Shown: one piece after another, positions 1 through 13,748 of the stretch
How positions within the stretch are numbered: the stretch's first letter is position 1
How the letters are laid out: every line of letters starts with the position of its first letter
DNA from: Moniliella sp. 'wahieum'
Lineage: Eukaryota
Length of the DNA: 64,000 bases
Assembly (NCBI GenBank): GCA_003971905.1
Contig: RSEE01000017.1
Coordinates: forward strand, 496,001-560,000
Direction: 5' to 3'
Program-made: the position numbers and the translations under genes
The notes under the pieces: generated by a model
What the model saw: the letters and a program-made list of their open reading frames with translations, nothing else
Told to the model about the DNA's origin: nothing
The model's database searches: none

Positions 1-3000
1 ACTCGGTGCGCTACTCGTTTACTGCGCCCCGCGTGTTCACCGCCCTGAACGCTATCAACATTATGGTCCAACCACTTGCTGAGATCGGGCAACAGATCGG
101 GTCACTAGTGGAGGCCTTGGCTAGCATCAAGCGGCTGGAGGAGTACCTCTTGTCGGATGAAAAGGTTGATGACGGCAATGATCTCCCATCCTCGAGTCTG
201 GACAAGGATGGCAAGTTGGAGATTGAAAGGAATGACTCGAGCTTGTGGGACCAATCGGGATCAGAAGCCATCCCCTTGGAGGAACTACCCAAAACCCCTA
301 ATATGGCTCCGAGTCTGACCTTGCCAACAACAGACGTGAAGGCCTCCCTATCACCTCTGGCCTCGCTCCATGTGTCGGATTCCCCTAACGAGCCGCGCTT
401 GGTGAACGCAAGCATTGGTTGGAAGGAAGAGACGGTCCTGTCTGATGTCTCCCTCGCCCTCGTCCCAGGGTTGACGATGGTCGTCGGTCGCCTCTCAGCT
501 GGCAAGTCGACACTCCTCAACGCCTTCTTGGGCGAGACGCGCATCCTGAGTGGCCATACCGAGCATCTACCTCGGCCAATCTCAGGGACGGAGCTGGTGG
601 GGTATGCACCACAAGACTACTGGACGCAAGAGACCATGACCATCCGTGCTAACATCGTATTCTACAACCCACTCGGGTACGATCCAGTGTGGTATGACCA
701 AGTTGTCGAGGCATGTGCCCTCAAACCCGACCTGGCCAAGTTTGAACTTGGAGACCAGCGTTTGGCCAAGAGTCTGAGTGGAGGGCAGAAGCAACGCATC
801 AACCTGGCCCGCGCGGTGTATGCCCGGCAAGCATTCATGTTTATCCTTGACGATCCGCTCAGTGCCGTCGATGCAAAGACTGAGGCGCACATTTGGACGC
901 ATTTGTTTGGCCCGAGCGGACTGCTCCAGGGCCGTCGTGTACTCCTCGCCTCCAACGCTGTCTTCCGTCTCAAAGATGCTGACCGTGTCGTTCATATTCT
1001 GCCGGGAGGGAAGGCCCTGCTACGCACCCCCAAAGAAGCATCTGCTGCTCTCGCTCACGACCTGGCACAGCAAGACGCAGCGGACACAGACACTCCTGCC
1101 GCCTTGACCGCTGGCACCGCTCCCGGAATTGTCCTGACTGTGGCAGAGGGACGCCGCAAACAGCTGCTCGAGGACGACATGCAAATTGGTCTTGGAGGGG
1201 AAGCGCAAGGTAAGGTCCAGATGGATCGTCTTGATATTCTCGAGGACATTGAAATGGACCAAGAGATGGTGGATGAAGACGAAGACCAAAACAAGATGGA
1301 TGAGGTATTTGAGAACCGGGTCGGCTTCTCGTCTTATTGGTTCTGGGTCACGGCAGCTGGGCCTTGGCGAGTAGCCGTTATGGTGGTCCTTCTCATTTTC
1401 ACTGCCATGTCGAACCTTGCCTACCAAATCTACATCCAGCACTGGACGGATCGGCGGGACGCGCTTGCACCTGGCACATATGGACCTATGATGGGTGGTT
1501 ACTTGGCTCTGTGGGCAAGCCTTTTCATCTTGTCGGCGATGTGCATCCAGTTTACTTTTGTCCATACCACGATCCCGGCCGGCTGGACCATCCATGAGCG
1601 CATCCTCCGCGCCGTTCTGGCTGCGCCCATGTCTTTTTTTAACGCCCGCTCTTCGGGACAAGTGGTTGCTCGACACTCGGGTGATCTCTTTATGGTTGAC
1701 ATGGAGTGGATTATGGCCCTGTTTGGATTCCTTCTTCTTGCCATCAGCCTGTTGGGAAGCTGCATCCTCATGATTGTCACAGCACCCTATACGGCTATCA
1801 CCTTTGTTGCAGCAGTGGCGATCGCGACCTTGATTCGTTGGATGTATCTTCCGAATTCGCGGCAAATGCGGCGTTTGGAGATGGCTTCTCGCTCCCCTCT
1901 TTACACCCTCTTTGGCGACTGCACCTCGGGATTGGCGGTGATTCGAGCTTTTGGGGCGGTGGAACCATTGCGAGATGATGAACACCAAGTACGCTACCAA
2001 CCTACAAAAGGCGACTTACTCCCTGTTCTCTGCCCAACAGTGGCTCCAAACCTGGCTTCAAATCGCAGCGATGCTCATGAATGTCACCCTCGTCCTCGTT
2101 GTCATTGGGCGGCGGCACTCTCACAGCGTCAACATGCTTGGTGTGGCACTTACTCAGACCGTTTCACTTTCCGGAGAAATCACCTGGGCAGTGACCAGTC
2201 TGATGGAGGTGGAGATTGTTGCCATCGTTTTTGAACGGCTCCAAGAGTTTGCCCAAACCGCATCCGAGTTCACCGTCGCTGCCGCTGCTGCGCGTCAGGC
2301 CGGGGTCAAACCCGTGGAGGAGGACCCTGCCAGCAATGGCGCCTCGTCCAAGGCTGATGTGGTTGAGAGCTCCGTGCACCGCGCGGGCGCCGAAATCGCT
2401 TTTTCGCACGTTGGTCTTGCGTATGATGACGGCCGTGAGGTGTTGCATGACGTTACCTTCACGGTACCCGCCGGGGTGCGTCTGGGCCTCTGTGGCCGCA
2501 GTGGGTCGGGCAAGAGCACGCTGCTGGCTGGTCTTTTGCGGATGCAGGAGATTTCGGCGGGCAGCATCTCCATCGACGGCGTTGATGTTCGTTCCATGTC
2601 CCTCGAGGAGCTGCGGCACATGATGACGGTAGTGGTGCAGGAGCCCTTCTTGGTGGACGGCCTGACGGTGCGGGACAACTTGTTGCTGGGTGGTGCCGAT
2701 CTCAATCCTGACCATGACAATGACGCGAAAGAGGCGAGCGGAGACGAGGCCATGTGGGCTCTGCTCAAGGAGACGGGACTGGAGGAGAAGGTGTCCAAGC
2801 TGGAAAATAAGTTGGCGACGCCTATGGAGGAGGCTGGCTTTAGCCGGGGCCAGTCCCAGATCCTGGCTGTCACGCGCGCTCTTCTGGGGGACAAGCCGAT
2901 TGTCGTACTCGACGAGGTGACGTCGAGTTTGGACCGCGAGAGTGACATGCAAATCCAGCGTTTGCTTCACGCGCATGCCAACAGTGGCAAACAGCGTGTT

Positions 3001-3175
3001 TACCATTGCTCACCGCATCGAGGACATTGTCGACTACGACGTGGTGCTCGTCCTCGACGAAGGGAAGGTGATGGAGTTTGGCCCACCTGCGCAACTTCTT
3101 GCCCGTCGGGATGGCATGTTCCGCACCTTGGCATCGCTGCAGGGTATCAATGTGGGCCGTCTGGATTCCCCATGA
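1..3175 (+). CDS. ABCC/MRP-type ABC transporter, 5'-truncated by the window (end of TMD1, NBD1, TMD2, NBD2); frameshifts near 1975 and 2990
   Basis: NBD1 has GRLSAGKST, LSGGQKQR and ILDDPLSAVD. TMD2 has LRAVLAAPMSFF and RQMRRLEMASRSPLY. NBD2 has GRSGSGKST, FSRGQSQ, VLDE and IAHR. Spread over ORFs 6..2234, 1951..3219 and 2942..3175. Confidence 0.95.
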
Positions 3176-3889
3176 CTTCCACTCTCCTAAATCCCCAAAC
3201 CATCGGGTTGGTTGGTTGATGGGGTTATGTCGGTTACGGGTTACAACAGTACGGTTATTTAGTTTCTTCTCACTTTTGTCACTGCTCATCAGCGCGCGCT
3301 TAACATAATTTTTCTACCATCATGTCCTGGGGCCTTTTGCTATGCTATGTCTTATTCTCCGCTCAATTCTCTCTGTTGTAGACTATTGCTCTTGACCAGG
3401 AAAGAAAGGAGAAGAAGGGAGAGTAGGGTCATGACCAAAACATGGAGAGAGCCCTTACCGACTGACACGTTCGAAGACATGTTGTCACAGAGCTCCGAGG
3501 TGGTACGTTGCGCACATGGAGATTACCCATGGCAGTCCTCACCTTCATAGTAGGTTATGCACGTTCACATCTAAGCTCCTCGAGTGATGATGCATCAATG
3601 AAGAGACACTAAAAGGCCACCGGGCCCACGGCCCGGTCAGCTGGTGAAGAGATATATATGCATGCCATCGACTATCGCAGATTTTCGTAATGTGTGGCAG
3701 CTACTCCGAACCAGTCGGAGAGGATGAATTGATGAATCCACGGAAAGACCCAGAAGACATATATAGGGAAGGGGGAGAGAAAGCTGAGCCCAACCAGTGG
3801 GTCTGCCATCAAAAAAGGGGGCACGCAACAACAAAAAGACGACCTTGACCAACGGGTGCACAGGGGGGAGGTGGGGATTGAGCCCGCTT

Positions 3890-5680
3890 TTAGATCCACA
3901 TCCCATTGCGAGCATGCATGGACTGCCGAGACCGGTGGTGGTGCATACGCTTTCCGAATGGGTAATCGAGGTGGCCTTGGGTGCGGGCTTGAACTGCTGC
4001 ATCACGTTCGGCACGAGTAGAGCGCCGGCGCTGTGACCCAGAACCCGACCCCGAACCCGAACCCGACCCCGACTCCGATCCTGAGTCCGATCCAGAGTCC
4101 GATCCTGAGCCCGATCCTGAACCCGAGCTGGACTCGGAGCCAGAGTCTTCTGAGCAAGATCCTGAGTCAGAACCGGTGTCAGAACCAGCACTTTCCGATG
4201 ATCCCGTGTCCGAGCCAGAGGAGTCGTCCGAGCATCCCGATCCTGAATTGGGGCCCGAACCAGAACCAGAAGAGGGAGCCTGTCCATTCTGGGATGAAGG
4301 CTTGGGGACGGCGGATGAAGCCGATGCACTGGCAACGCCGTACTGGCTGTGGTGGCCGGCCGAGGAAGCATGAGAAGCATGGGAAGCATGAGAGGACGCA
4401 GAAGAAGGCGCCGTGGAAGAGGCCGATCCAGATGAAGTGCCATTCGAGCTAATGGAACTCGATCCCGAGCCGGCAAACAAGGCGACGTTTTTGTAGTAGG
4501 TCTGCACCGCATTGGGGGTGGCCCATTCCGAACCCGACCCACCAAAGAAGGTGGTGAACATAATCTTGTCAACCCAGTTGCCAGACGAAGAGCCGCGACG
4601 GCCCAGACCGTTGGACCTCCGAAGGGAACGGCGCGAGTTAGACGATCCACTTCCCGAGCTGGATCCTGAGCTCGAGTCACTGGAGCCACCACTGGAGCCA
4701 CGGAAGGCAATGTTGTTCAAATGGATATTTGGGGTGGAGGCGCCATTCCAAAACAGTTGGACCATACCGTCGGCCTTTCCATCGGAGTTGAGCTTGACAT
4801 GCAAAGCCAAATCGTTCCACTTGCCCTTTTGGAAGGTAAAGGCCCCACGACCAATGGAGGTGCCATAATCGGAGTCGCAGATTAGCTTGGATCCCTGCGA
4901 TGTGGTTGAGTCCGCTGGGCAGAGCTTGTAGTTGGTACCTTGGAGGGAGGTGGGAATGTAGGCGTAAATCTCAGCTTCGCCATTGGTGCGCCACATGATA
5001 CGAGTAGACCAGCAGGAAGTTCCGACACCACCTTCTGACCCCCCCTCACAACCAGACGTATCAGCACTGAGGGTGCCTCCGCTTCCGCTAGCGACTGAGG
5101 AGTAAAGACCCGGGAGCTTTCCACCCTTTACGAAGTCGAAATCGTTTGGGAAGAAGACTGAATAGGCTAGCACCAGCTCCTGGCGCGAAGCGGAGTTGCC
5201 ACCCGAAGAGGAATGGGTGGCAGAGACGAATGGGTTGGAGGCCGAGCGAGAGTTTCCCGAACCCAAAAAGGGCTGAGAATAAAACGAAGTGCCACCGGAG
5301 GGAGTGGTATGCAAACCGTACGATTTCGCCCCATACTTGACCGACAGCACTTGACCCGAGCCCGCCGGGTCGTTGGTTAGGATCACATTGTCCGGGTTGG
5401 AGGAGATTTTGTTGTTGTACAGGTTGATGTGGCTGGCCAGCCAGCTTTCCGCAGGTTGATCGCCGCGCTTGGACGAATTGCCCCCGCCCCCACCAGAACT
5501 GCCGATGCCCCAAGACCAGCCTTGGGCATTCACACCGTTCCCGATGGCTCCGGCGGGGCCTCCGCCCACGGCAGAGGAGAGCGAGACAGACGTGGCAGTG
5601 AATCCAGTGTCGCTTTTTCCGGCGAGGACATTCACGGCGCCAACCAGGGCGGCGGTAGATGCAGTGAGAATCGTGCGCAT
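3890..5680 (-). CDS. Secreted polysaccharide lyase family 14 (alginate/glucuronan lyase-like) with Ser/Gly-rich tail
   Basis: Signal peptide MRTILTASTAALVGAVNVLA from ATG 5680. PL14 motifs YSVFFPNDFDFVKGGKLPGL, STRIMWR, YGTSIGRG and FTTFFGG. A TATA-like tatataaa lies about 180 bp upstream on the minus strand (~5857-5864). Confidence 0.88.
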   Translation of the reverse strand: MRTILTASTAALVGAVNVLAGKSDTGFTATSVSLSSAVGGGPAGAIGNGVNAQGWSWGIGSSGGGGGNSSKRGDQPAESWLASHINLYNNKISSNPDNVILTNDPAGSGQVLSVKYGAKSYGLHTTPSGGTSFYSQPFLGSGNSRSASNPFVSATHSSSGGNSASRQELVLAYSVFFPNDFDFVKGGKLPGLYSSVASGSGGTLSADTSGCEGGSEGGVGTSCWSTRIMWRTNGEAEIYAYIPTSLQGTNYKLCPADSTTSQGSKLICDSDYGTSIGRGAFTFQKGKWNDLALHVKLNSDGKADGMVQLFWNGASTPNIHLNNIAFRGSSGGSSDSSSGSSSGSGSSNSRRSLRRSNGLGRRGSSSGNWVDKIMFTTFFGGSGSEWATPNAVQTYYKNVALFAGSGSSSISSNGTSSGSASSTAPSSASSHASHASHASSAGHHSQYGVASASASSAVPKPSSQNGQAPSSGSGSGPNSGSGCSDDSSGSDTGSSESAGSDTGSDSGSCSEDSGSESSSGSGSGSGSDSGSDSGSESGSGSGSGSGSGSQRRRSTRAERDAAVQARTQGHLDYPFGKRMHHHRSRQSMHARNGMWI

Positions 5681-6513
5681 AGTGAAAGGGATGCGAAGGT
5701 GTGTGGGTGGTGAAGAGAGAATGAGGAGGGGAACAGGGGAGAGTGAAGGGGACCAAGCAAACCGACCAGCGGCAGGTGGGGTGGGATGGGAGAGAGTGAA
5801 GACGGTGGTGACGAGAGAGCTAGAAGGGGAGAAGTCTTTGGGGCGCACGAAAGAGTCTTATATACCTACGCCGTTCTCCCCTGGACTTGAAAAGGGAAGG
5901 TCGCTCTGCCGTTTATGGACAACAGACACGTTCTCGCGCTAGTCCCCGGATGGGCCGGGAGACTGACGAGCTGCGCCGGGCGAGATTGGCGCTCCCGACC
6001 TCTCCACCGTGGTTGTGCCCGCGCGGGGGCAGTGTGTGGCGCCAGGGCCAGGGTCCTCACATTTTGGGGAACAGGCGCACTGACGACCAGGTGGGGGGCC
6101 TAGGCACGGGGCCTCTCACAGCGAGCATCCGAGCCACTGGGATCGCCGGAACTGCCCTAGTGCCCTTCCACTGGCAGCCATCAGCGCATCTCCAAGCCTC
6201 GCCACCCTGTATTGGCGCTATTTGCCTCCGATGACTATCGATAACTATAGTACGTGCAGCCACCCTGGTTGTGGAAGTCTGGTATCGTTGCCCCACGAAG
6301 ACGAATATACACAAGATGGGCAATCGATGGAGTCACTCAATCCAAACCCGCATAGTCTGCCCGCTCCCCACAGCGCTCCTGGTGCCAGCGGGCAAGACAA
6401 AAACGAGGAGAATGGGCATTGGCATGTTGGAGCAGCTAAAGGGTCCCAGCATGGCCAAACTTATTGCGACTGTGCATTGCCCATTCGGCTCCGATGCCAG
6501 GATCCTGCCGCCA

Positions 6514-8945
6514 TCACACAGGCTCAAGTCTCAGGAAGAGGTGCTGCTGCAAAGTCATGCTTCCCAGCTGGTGCGCCAGCGCCGCCTCGTCCGCATCAAC
6601 TTGGTCCTCTGTATCCCCAGGCAAGGATGAAGGAGACGCAGTAGCCTTGGCCTTGGAGCGATCTCGCAGCACCCGGGTGGAAGGTGCAACCACAGTGCGA
6701 GAGTGGGAAGGACCAACTGTGCCGGGCTCTGCAACGGGGACTTGCCCGGGCAGAGAAATGGTCCAAGAGCGGAAGGTGGACAGAACCGAATCTAGCCAAA
6801 TTTGCTCCTTCTCCGCAGACTCGGTAATCAGACGTGGGATGGGTTTCTTGTTCCGTGATGATTGTTTCGTCCGGTCGACAACAACCATACCCCTTGATTG
6901 TGCGCTCAAACTGGTAAGGTGATGCACGTCCCACCATGATTGGAGTTCCTGGTTCAAGAGGGATGCTGGGGAAGGGGCAGCGAGGCCGACTGTATGGGCA
7001 AACGCTCCACTTGTGATAGCCCGATCAGCATACCCCCCCTCCATAAAGCTTACCAACTTGCCCTCGGCCACCTCATCCGCGAGCGCGGCAGCGTCCGACG
7101 CAAATTGATGATAGAATCCTGTCGGGACTGACTTTCCGTGCCGCTGCATCCCCGGATACTCGTGCTCGCATGCATCAAACCCGCAAGAGATGAGGACCAA
7201 TGAATGTTTCGGATCTGCGCCCTCAGCTTGGAAGAAGTGACGGGCCTTGGTAAAGAGCTGACTGTAGCGTGTTTGGTAGTGCTCGTAAAACTCCTCTGGA
7301 GAACCATATGGCGCGAGATGCACTGTTTCCTCCGAACGTCAGTCTTCTACCCCTACTCCTCTTCTCGCCCACCCAGTGACCAAACAAAAGGTGACATACC
7401 GTTCCAGATCCACTGTCCGTGGGCACCTTCAAGGCACGTGCTAGCCGCCATGACCATCTCAGCATCCCCCTGTTCGCATGGGTAGCTCTCAATGTCGTGT
7501 ACACTGCCATAGGAGATTTTGAGCCCGCGCGGGGGGATTGCGGCCGGTGGGGCAGGGGCGGGAGGGACAGTTCCCTTGCGGTGGCGAGAGGCTTGCTTAC
7601 GGGCCTGCTCGGCCTGTTGAATCAGAGACTCCCTTTTCAAGTCCTGCTGGACCGTGTCGGAGTTGATGCGCCAGGCCAGAGCCTGGGTACCATCTGGTGG
7701 AGGGATGAGCGATGCTCCTCAACAACAAGAGATAGAAGACGTACTGCCATGGTGAAGGTCAATATCAAGGATCGCCACGCGATCAATTCCGTGCTCGAGA
7801 TAAGCGTGAGTGGCAGCCACAACGGCATTGTTCACCCAACAAAACCCTGAGGTGCGTTCCCTGCACAGTGGTGTCCGGGAGGCCGGACGAGGACGAGAGC
7901 ACGCGGTGCCGGTGGTGGAACAGGATCCGCCGTACCTACTGAGACCAACGACGAAGTTACTTGCGCGTTGGCTCGGTGGGCTACGACTCGATCCACCCCG
8001 GACATGCATGCCCCCAAAGACGAGCGGATGGCTTCTCCGGATCCTCCCACATCCTTACGGATTGCGTCACTTAATCCTTCAGGGTCATCGATACTGGGAC
8101 CGCACAAATACAGATCGCCTTGGTGCATCGAGTCAGGGATTTCGCTGGGGGATAAATTCTTCGTCCGAATCTGAATCAGATGTCAAAAGGGTAGTGGATA
8201 CATCGGAGCGGGTAAAAGAGGTGGATCCCTCAGTCGTATCACCCTGTGAAGGGGCTTCACTCTTAGGTCCCAAGGCGGGCGACCTAGTAATGGGGATCGG
8301 TGCAGCAGGCGCTGCACGACAAAGCTTCTGGAGGTAAGAAGCGTATTCTCCTTCCCCTTGGAGGGAAGAAGAATACGGGCACCAGGGCCTCGGGAATAGG
8401 GTGTGTCGAGGTAAGAAATTAACTCGTTCTCATTTGCGTGAACGAGTGCCACGGCAGGATCCGCGGGGTCGAGGGACACTTGGCGCGTACTTTGAAGTAA
8501 AGGAATGCGTCGAGCTGGGGCAGCGAGGCGGCTCCCTGCCTGTTCATTTTCTGTGCTGTGCAACCAATTTTCATCCTGTTCTTCTTTGGTGGTAGCCAGA
8601 GGCACACCCGTTTCTTCGACCGCGTGGGGGGTCAGACGCGCAGTAGCTGCACAAACGCCTAGCAGGGCCGCACGGATGCGTTCGGGCCGTTCGACGATGG
8701 TGCTTAGGTCATGGCCGCGGACGAAGCGGTGTTGGACGGAGGCAGGGGCTACAACCACTTCTACGCCCACAGGCGGGGGCGTGGAGGGGGACACGGCAGC
8801 CTGGCTGAGGTGGGCAGGTTGACTGACGGAATCGACAGAGTCCTCGGGGTGGCGAAAGCGGCGATGAACCTAGCTGGGGTGAACCCGATCGAAGCTCGTT
8901 CTCAGGCGTCGCATGTGGACGCTGGATCTTGATCTTGAACACCAT
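6514..8945 (-). CDS. HOS3: Hos3-like histone deacetylase; intron 7694-7744; frameshifted, 3' end approximate
   Basis: Motifs HRFVR..DLSTIVERPERIRA, RPPGHHC, GFCWVNN, DIDLHHG|NGTQ (restored by the GTACGT..CAG intron), SVHDIESYPCEQGD, LISCGFDACEHE and MEGGY. Confidence 0.9.
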
Positions 8946-10004
8946 GCCAACTCCAAGAGCGGGGAGGCTGGGGGCAGTGGGCGGGTTAAAGGGGAAACAG
9001 ACAGATGGGTGGTGGTGGTATCTGTATTTGTGTCTGACTTGCCCCGTCCCCAACACGACCTCATCCATTCTGATCAACCTCATCGACCTGATCGGTGATT
9101 ATCGCGAAACACAAACACGAAGCCAACGCAACCGAGGGCACGTGACGGGGTGCGTAATTGTCGCCCCCATACTCTCGCCTATTGAAGCTGGCTATAGCCT
9201 GCTTTCAACTCCAGTTCTTGGCCAACTCTGTGCGTTCAGCCCACCCAGCGGTTTTGGCTACTTTAGCCTCTTTGGTCAACTGGGTAAACCTAATCAACTT
9301 AGCGCCACCATGCCGACCCAGTGCTTCTGTCCAGCCAAAAAAGCGCGTTTTATTGGAACCGTCATGTCTCCACAGCCGGTTGTTGTAGGAGACGCATGGT
9401 GCGCAGTTAGTTGTGCCCAGTCCGATGCTGTGGTGCGCTTGTATTATAGCCCCCCTTGCCTTTGGACTCCCCAAATGATAAGAACAAATCGGTTAGTGCC
9501 CTTTTACTCCCCTCCCAGTGCCCAACCCTAGGGTATTGAGAATATCAACTCCGGCAGCACCTGTCTCTATACCCATCTGCACTGACGAACACCAGTCCCT
9601 CTTCCGATCGATCCCAGATCAACGTTCAACACTCAAGGGCAGAGAGTTGATCAACTCCAGTTGCCGAAACCGATTACGGACGTTTTCTAGCAACTCGAGT
9701 TTTGGAAAGATTCTGGTGACTGAACCACCCTCGTAGGTGTGGTGAGTGCTCCATCGCGGTATACTCTATACTCCGTCTATGTCCCTGCTACACACATTGA
9801 GGAATGTTACCCTCCATGCCAAATGAGCTCAGCACAATGCGAGAGAAAAAAGGAGGGTAGAAACTCAACCCGACGAAGTTGAGAAACAGGACTGGGCTCG
9901 GGAGAGCAATGCGGAAATGATGTATCGGGTCCGGGTCTGAGAGGGGGAAAGAGACCAGCCGCGTCCGAAGGCTTTGTTTAAGGGGGGGTGAGACGGGTAG
10001 CAAC

Positions 10005-10970
10005 TTACGATCCTTCACTCTGCTTTTTTGCCCGTCCCTGCAACAATTCTTTGACATAGTCCGCTAAGTGACCATGCAAATCTGAGACAAGGAAAAGATT
10101 AGACCTTGTTGTCGTCTCGAAAGTAGAATCACACGTACGGTTGCCAAATGCCCAGGCAGATACGAGGGGTTACACCCCTGTACAAGCCTAGGAGTCCATT
10201 GTTGCTATAAATGTACTTGGCCGTGCTGGCGATGGTCATCTTAACCGGGCGGTTGGCATCCTTCGCCATGGACTGCATCTCGACGCGAATGACTTCGATG
10301 GGTTGGTTCCACGTCGCCAGGGCGCCACCGAGGGATGAGCAGACAATCCGCTCCGCCGCGGACAACTTCTCCGACTCAGACTTGCCGCTGATGCTACGCA
10401 CGGGGGCCTCAGCGAGACGTGCAAAGCCCATGCGGCTTCCCCAGTTGGTCATCTGACGAAAAGCAACCGCATTTACCCCTTTGTTGATGCCCCTGATACC
10501 TTCACGGCGATAAATGTCACCAAAGAGAGCCCAGGTGGAGGCAGCAGGTGCCCCTGTGGCCGCTTTCTTTGCCTCGTAATCTCAGCTGTCTTCATGGTGG
10601 TGCAGAATCCCATAGTGGCATACGCCTGTGCCACTCCTCCGCCCATACCGCCTAGAAGCCCGGCCCAAGCAGGGGCCAAGCCGGCCGATCGGGCGGCCGA
10701 ATCAATGCCAGACGAGGTCCAAATGAGCACCGCCCCTTTTGTCGATGCCTCGATCCAGGCCCAAGGGATGAGGCCTTGATAGAATCCAAACACGCCACCG
10801 CGCGACCAAACCGTTTTGAGTGCTTGCGCCATTGACTGGGACCGGTTCGAGGCCATCTGGGTCTTGATGACCTCGAACGGCTGGCCCAAAGTGGTAACCT
10901 CAAACATGTTCATGGCCGCGCCAACAGCGACATTGGACCAGGAGAAGCCTTTTTGCGGGGGAGGCGCCAT
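10005..10970 (-). CDS. YHM2: Mitochondrial carrier, Yhm2-like (citrate/2-oxoglutarate); intron 10082-10138
   Basis: Motifs [67 protein letters not shown] and LYRGVTPRI, including Px(D/E)xx(K/R) carrier signatures. Confidence 0.9.
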
Positions 10971-11816
10971 GATGCGGAAGCGGGAGTGTGTGGTGGAAGT
11001 GATGGTGGTGGTAGAAGGTGAGAGTAGAATGCCCCCCACAAGAAGACGCGACGTCCGGATAGGCCCGGCCCGCCCGGCCCCCTTGCAGTGGCCGCCGACG
11101 CACGCTCTGCTGTGATGCCTGCCATGCATCCTGGTGGGCCCGTGCAGCTCGAGTGGAGCAAAGACTGGCGCTGTGGCTGCGCTCTGCTCCACACATCCAT
11201 CGCTCTGTGAATATGAATATGACGCGACGAGGCCACCCAGGGGCTTCGCATGCTTCGCTTACTAAGGCAATTGCTGGGCATACGGATACTGGCACTAGTA
11301 GTACAAAAGTACGATATAATCCCCCTGGTCACTCGAAGCATCCCTGGCCTGCTCCGTGCGCGAGGATTTCCATGCGTGCTCGGGGCCTAGCGTGGCTGAT
11401 CTGACGCAGTCAACGTTCAACATGTGTCTCCCTCTGGCATTACTTTCCTGCTCGAGAAGACTTGCCACGGCCATTACTAGGTCACCCCGGTCACTATAGT
11501 CACGCTGACTGTCTTGTGGTTGAAAGCTTTCTCTTAAGAGGGCTGCTAGCCGCATGACCGGGTGCGATCTACAAGCGGCTAGGCGCCTCCCTCAGATGAA
11601 GAAGTAAATCGGGTCGGGCCAGGGCGGATATAGCCCCAAAGGGTGGGCCAGTTGGCGCGTGTAGTGAAATTGGAAAGGGCAAAAGTCAGACAAGTCAAGA
11701 GCCTTTGGCGTGTCAATTCCGTTAATCTAATTCCGACAGGAAATGCGTGCAGGTCCACCCGAGGACATGTTCTCTCCACGTTCTCGCTCGACCATCTCCA
11801 CACGTGGCCCAGCACA

Positions 11817-12749
11817 ATGAGCGCGCGTCTCGCCCTTCCGGCTACCCGCCCACTCTCACTCAGCGTGGCACGCGTGGGCCTTGCGCGCCAAGCACCTTGC
11901 ATCGCCGCGGGTCTTGCCCGTTCCGTGGTCGTGCCTACGCTGGTGCCGGCCGGATGCGCAGGCTCACCACCTCGTCTCTGTCCTGTCTAAGGAAGAGGCC
12001 AAGACAGCCACTGAGAAGCCAGAAAAGCCCGATCCAGCATATGAAAAGGTACTGGAGGGGTACGGGCTCCCGTCGCGGGTGTACCATGGCGCTATGGCCG
12101 GTGTGCTCAAGAGGCTCAAGTCTCTCTCTTTCTTCGCTCGCCCTGGCGTCAACCATGAGCCCCATTCTGATTTTTGGTGGTGACGGACGTGAGCGTGAGT
12201 GCGTTTGGACGAAGCAGCATGGTGTTTGTGACCCTCATGGCTAGCATCGCCTCGACCGCAATGATTACTACGTTCGCCAAGCCGTACGTATCGGAGATGC
12301 GGCTGTACAAGCCGACGCCAGCCGCGGCAGCGGCCGGGAAGGAGCCGATTCTCCAGATGGACACGAACGACTACCTCCTTCGCCAGCTAACCACAACGGT
12401 GTATGACCCGTCGTGGCTAGGCCCTGGTGCCGCCAAGCCGTGGGCGAGTTGGGCCTTGGCCAAGCGGGCGGACCACGCGCCTCCATTGACAGACCACGAG
12501 CTCCTGCCCATCAAGGGAAAGCCCGCTAAGCCTGATGAGAATGAGCGTTTGGTCGCTGAGACGGTCATGACCAAATCAGGCAAGCCGTCGGTCGTGTTGG
12601 GGTGCCTTGCAACCCGCCCACAACCTGTGGAAGCTCCGCAAGGAGGGCAACCCCGTGTGGCAATACCAAGTTCACGACCACCAGCTGGGCGAAGAGTGGC
12701 AGATTCTGTAATGGAATTGAACTGTTACCCTTCGAAGCAACCTGTATAA
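11817..12749 (+). CDS. Putative mitochondrial membrane protein, TMEM70/TMEM186/TMEM223-like; frameshifted
   Basis: Arg/Ala-rich presequence, then YHGAMAGVLKRLKSLSFF/SLALASTMSPILIF, a second TM segment ending STAMITTFAKPYV, and a downstream soluble domain. Confidence 0.55.
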
Positions 12750-13072
12750 TGCATGGTCCCGTATGCTGTTACTTCTCACATGCCTGACGGGGAGGCGTGG
12801 GTGTTCGGGTCATCCCGGTCATCATCTCCGGCATCGCCCATGCCGTGGGCGAACAGGCTGACGGTTTTTGAAATCTTAACCTGTTGAAAAGGCGCAGCTG
12901 TTAGTGGGGCAGCGGAATGAGAGCCCCGACGGAAGACTTGCTTGATTCCGCCCTTTCAGTAGGCAAATGTGGTGAAAATAAAAAAATTCAGACTGGCAAG
13001 GCTAAGCCGTTTTCCCCTCGTCCCTCCCCTTTCCAACCCACCTTCTATCGACCCTTGTTCCTCCAGCGCAAC

Positions 13073-13748
13073 ATGTCCTTCCGTGGTGGTCGTGGTGGTT
13101 TTGGTGATCGCGGTGGTCGCGGTGGATTCCGTGGTGGCCGCGGTGGTGCTCGCCCCTTTAATGCTGGCCCGCCCGAGACGGTACAAGAGATGGGCAGCTT
13201 TGTCCATGCCGTGGAAGGGAGATGCTGTGCGCCTCCACAGACCCCAAGCATGTCCCATACTTCAATGCGCCGATCTAGTGTTTTTCATCCTAATCGCTTT
13301 TTCCAGGTCATCTGGAATCTGACCCTTCTGCCCCCACAGCTTGCAAAACAAGTCCCAGATTGGCAAGGTGGACGAGATCCTAGGTCCGATCAACGAGGTG
13401 TTCTTCACGGTCAAGATGGACGCTGGTATGGTGGCCTCCTCCTTCAAGGCCGATGACAAGGTCTACATTGGCGGAGACCGACTGCTGCCTATTGAGCGGT
13501 TCCTTCCGAAGCCCAAGGCACCCAAGGCACCCAAGAAGAAGTCGGGCGCCCAACGTGGCGGGTTGGTGGTGGTCGGGCGCGCCCCGGGGCCGTGGTGGCT
13601 TTGCCAGCCGTGGTGGTGGCCGTGGTGGCTTTGCTAGCCGCGGCGGCGGTCGGGGTGGGTTTGGTGCGCCTCGCGGTGGACGTGGGGTGGATTTGGTGGC
13701 CGGGGTGGTGGTCGCGGTGGCTTCCGTGGTGGTCGTGGGGGCTATTAA
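13073..13748 (+). CDS. GAR1: H/ACA snoRNP subunit Gar1; intron 13278-13339
   Basis: N- and C-terminal RGG/FRGG repeats flank the core [51 protein letters not shown] and [11 protein letters not shown]. Confidence 0.96.
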
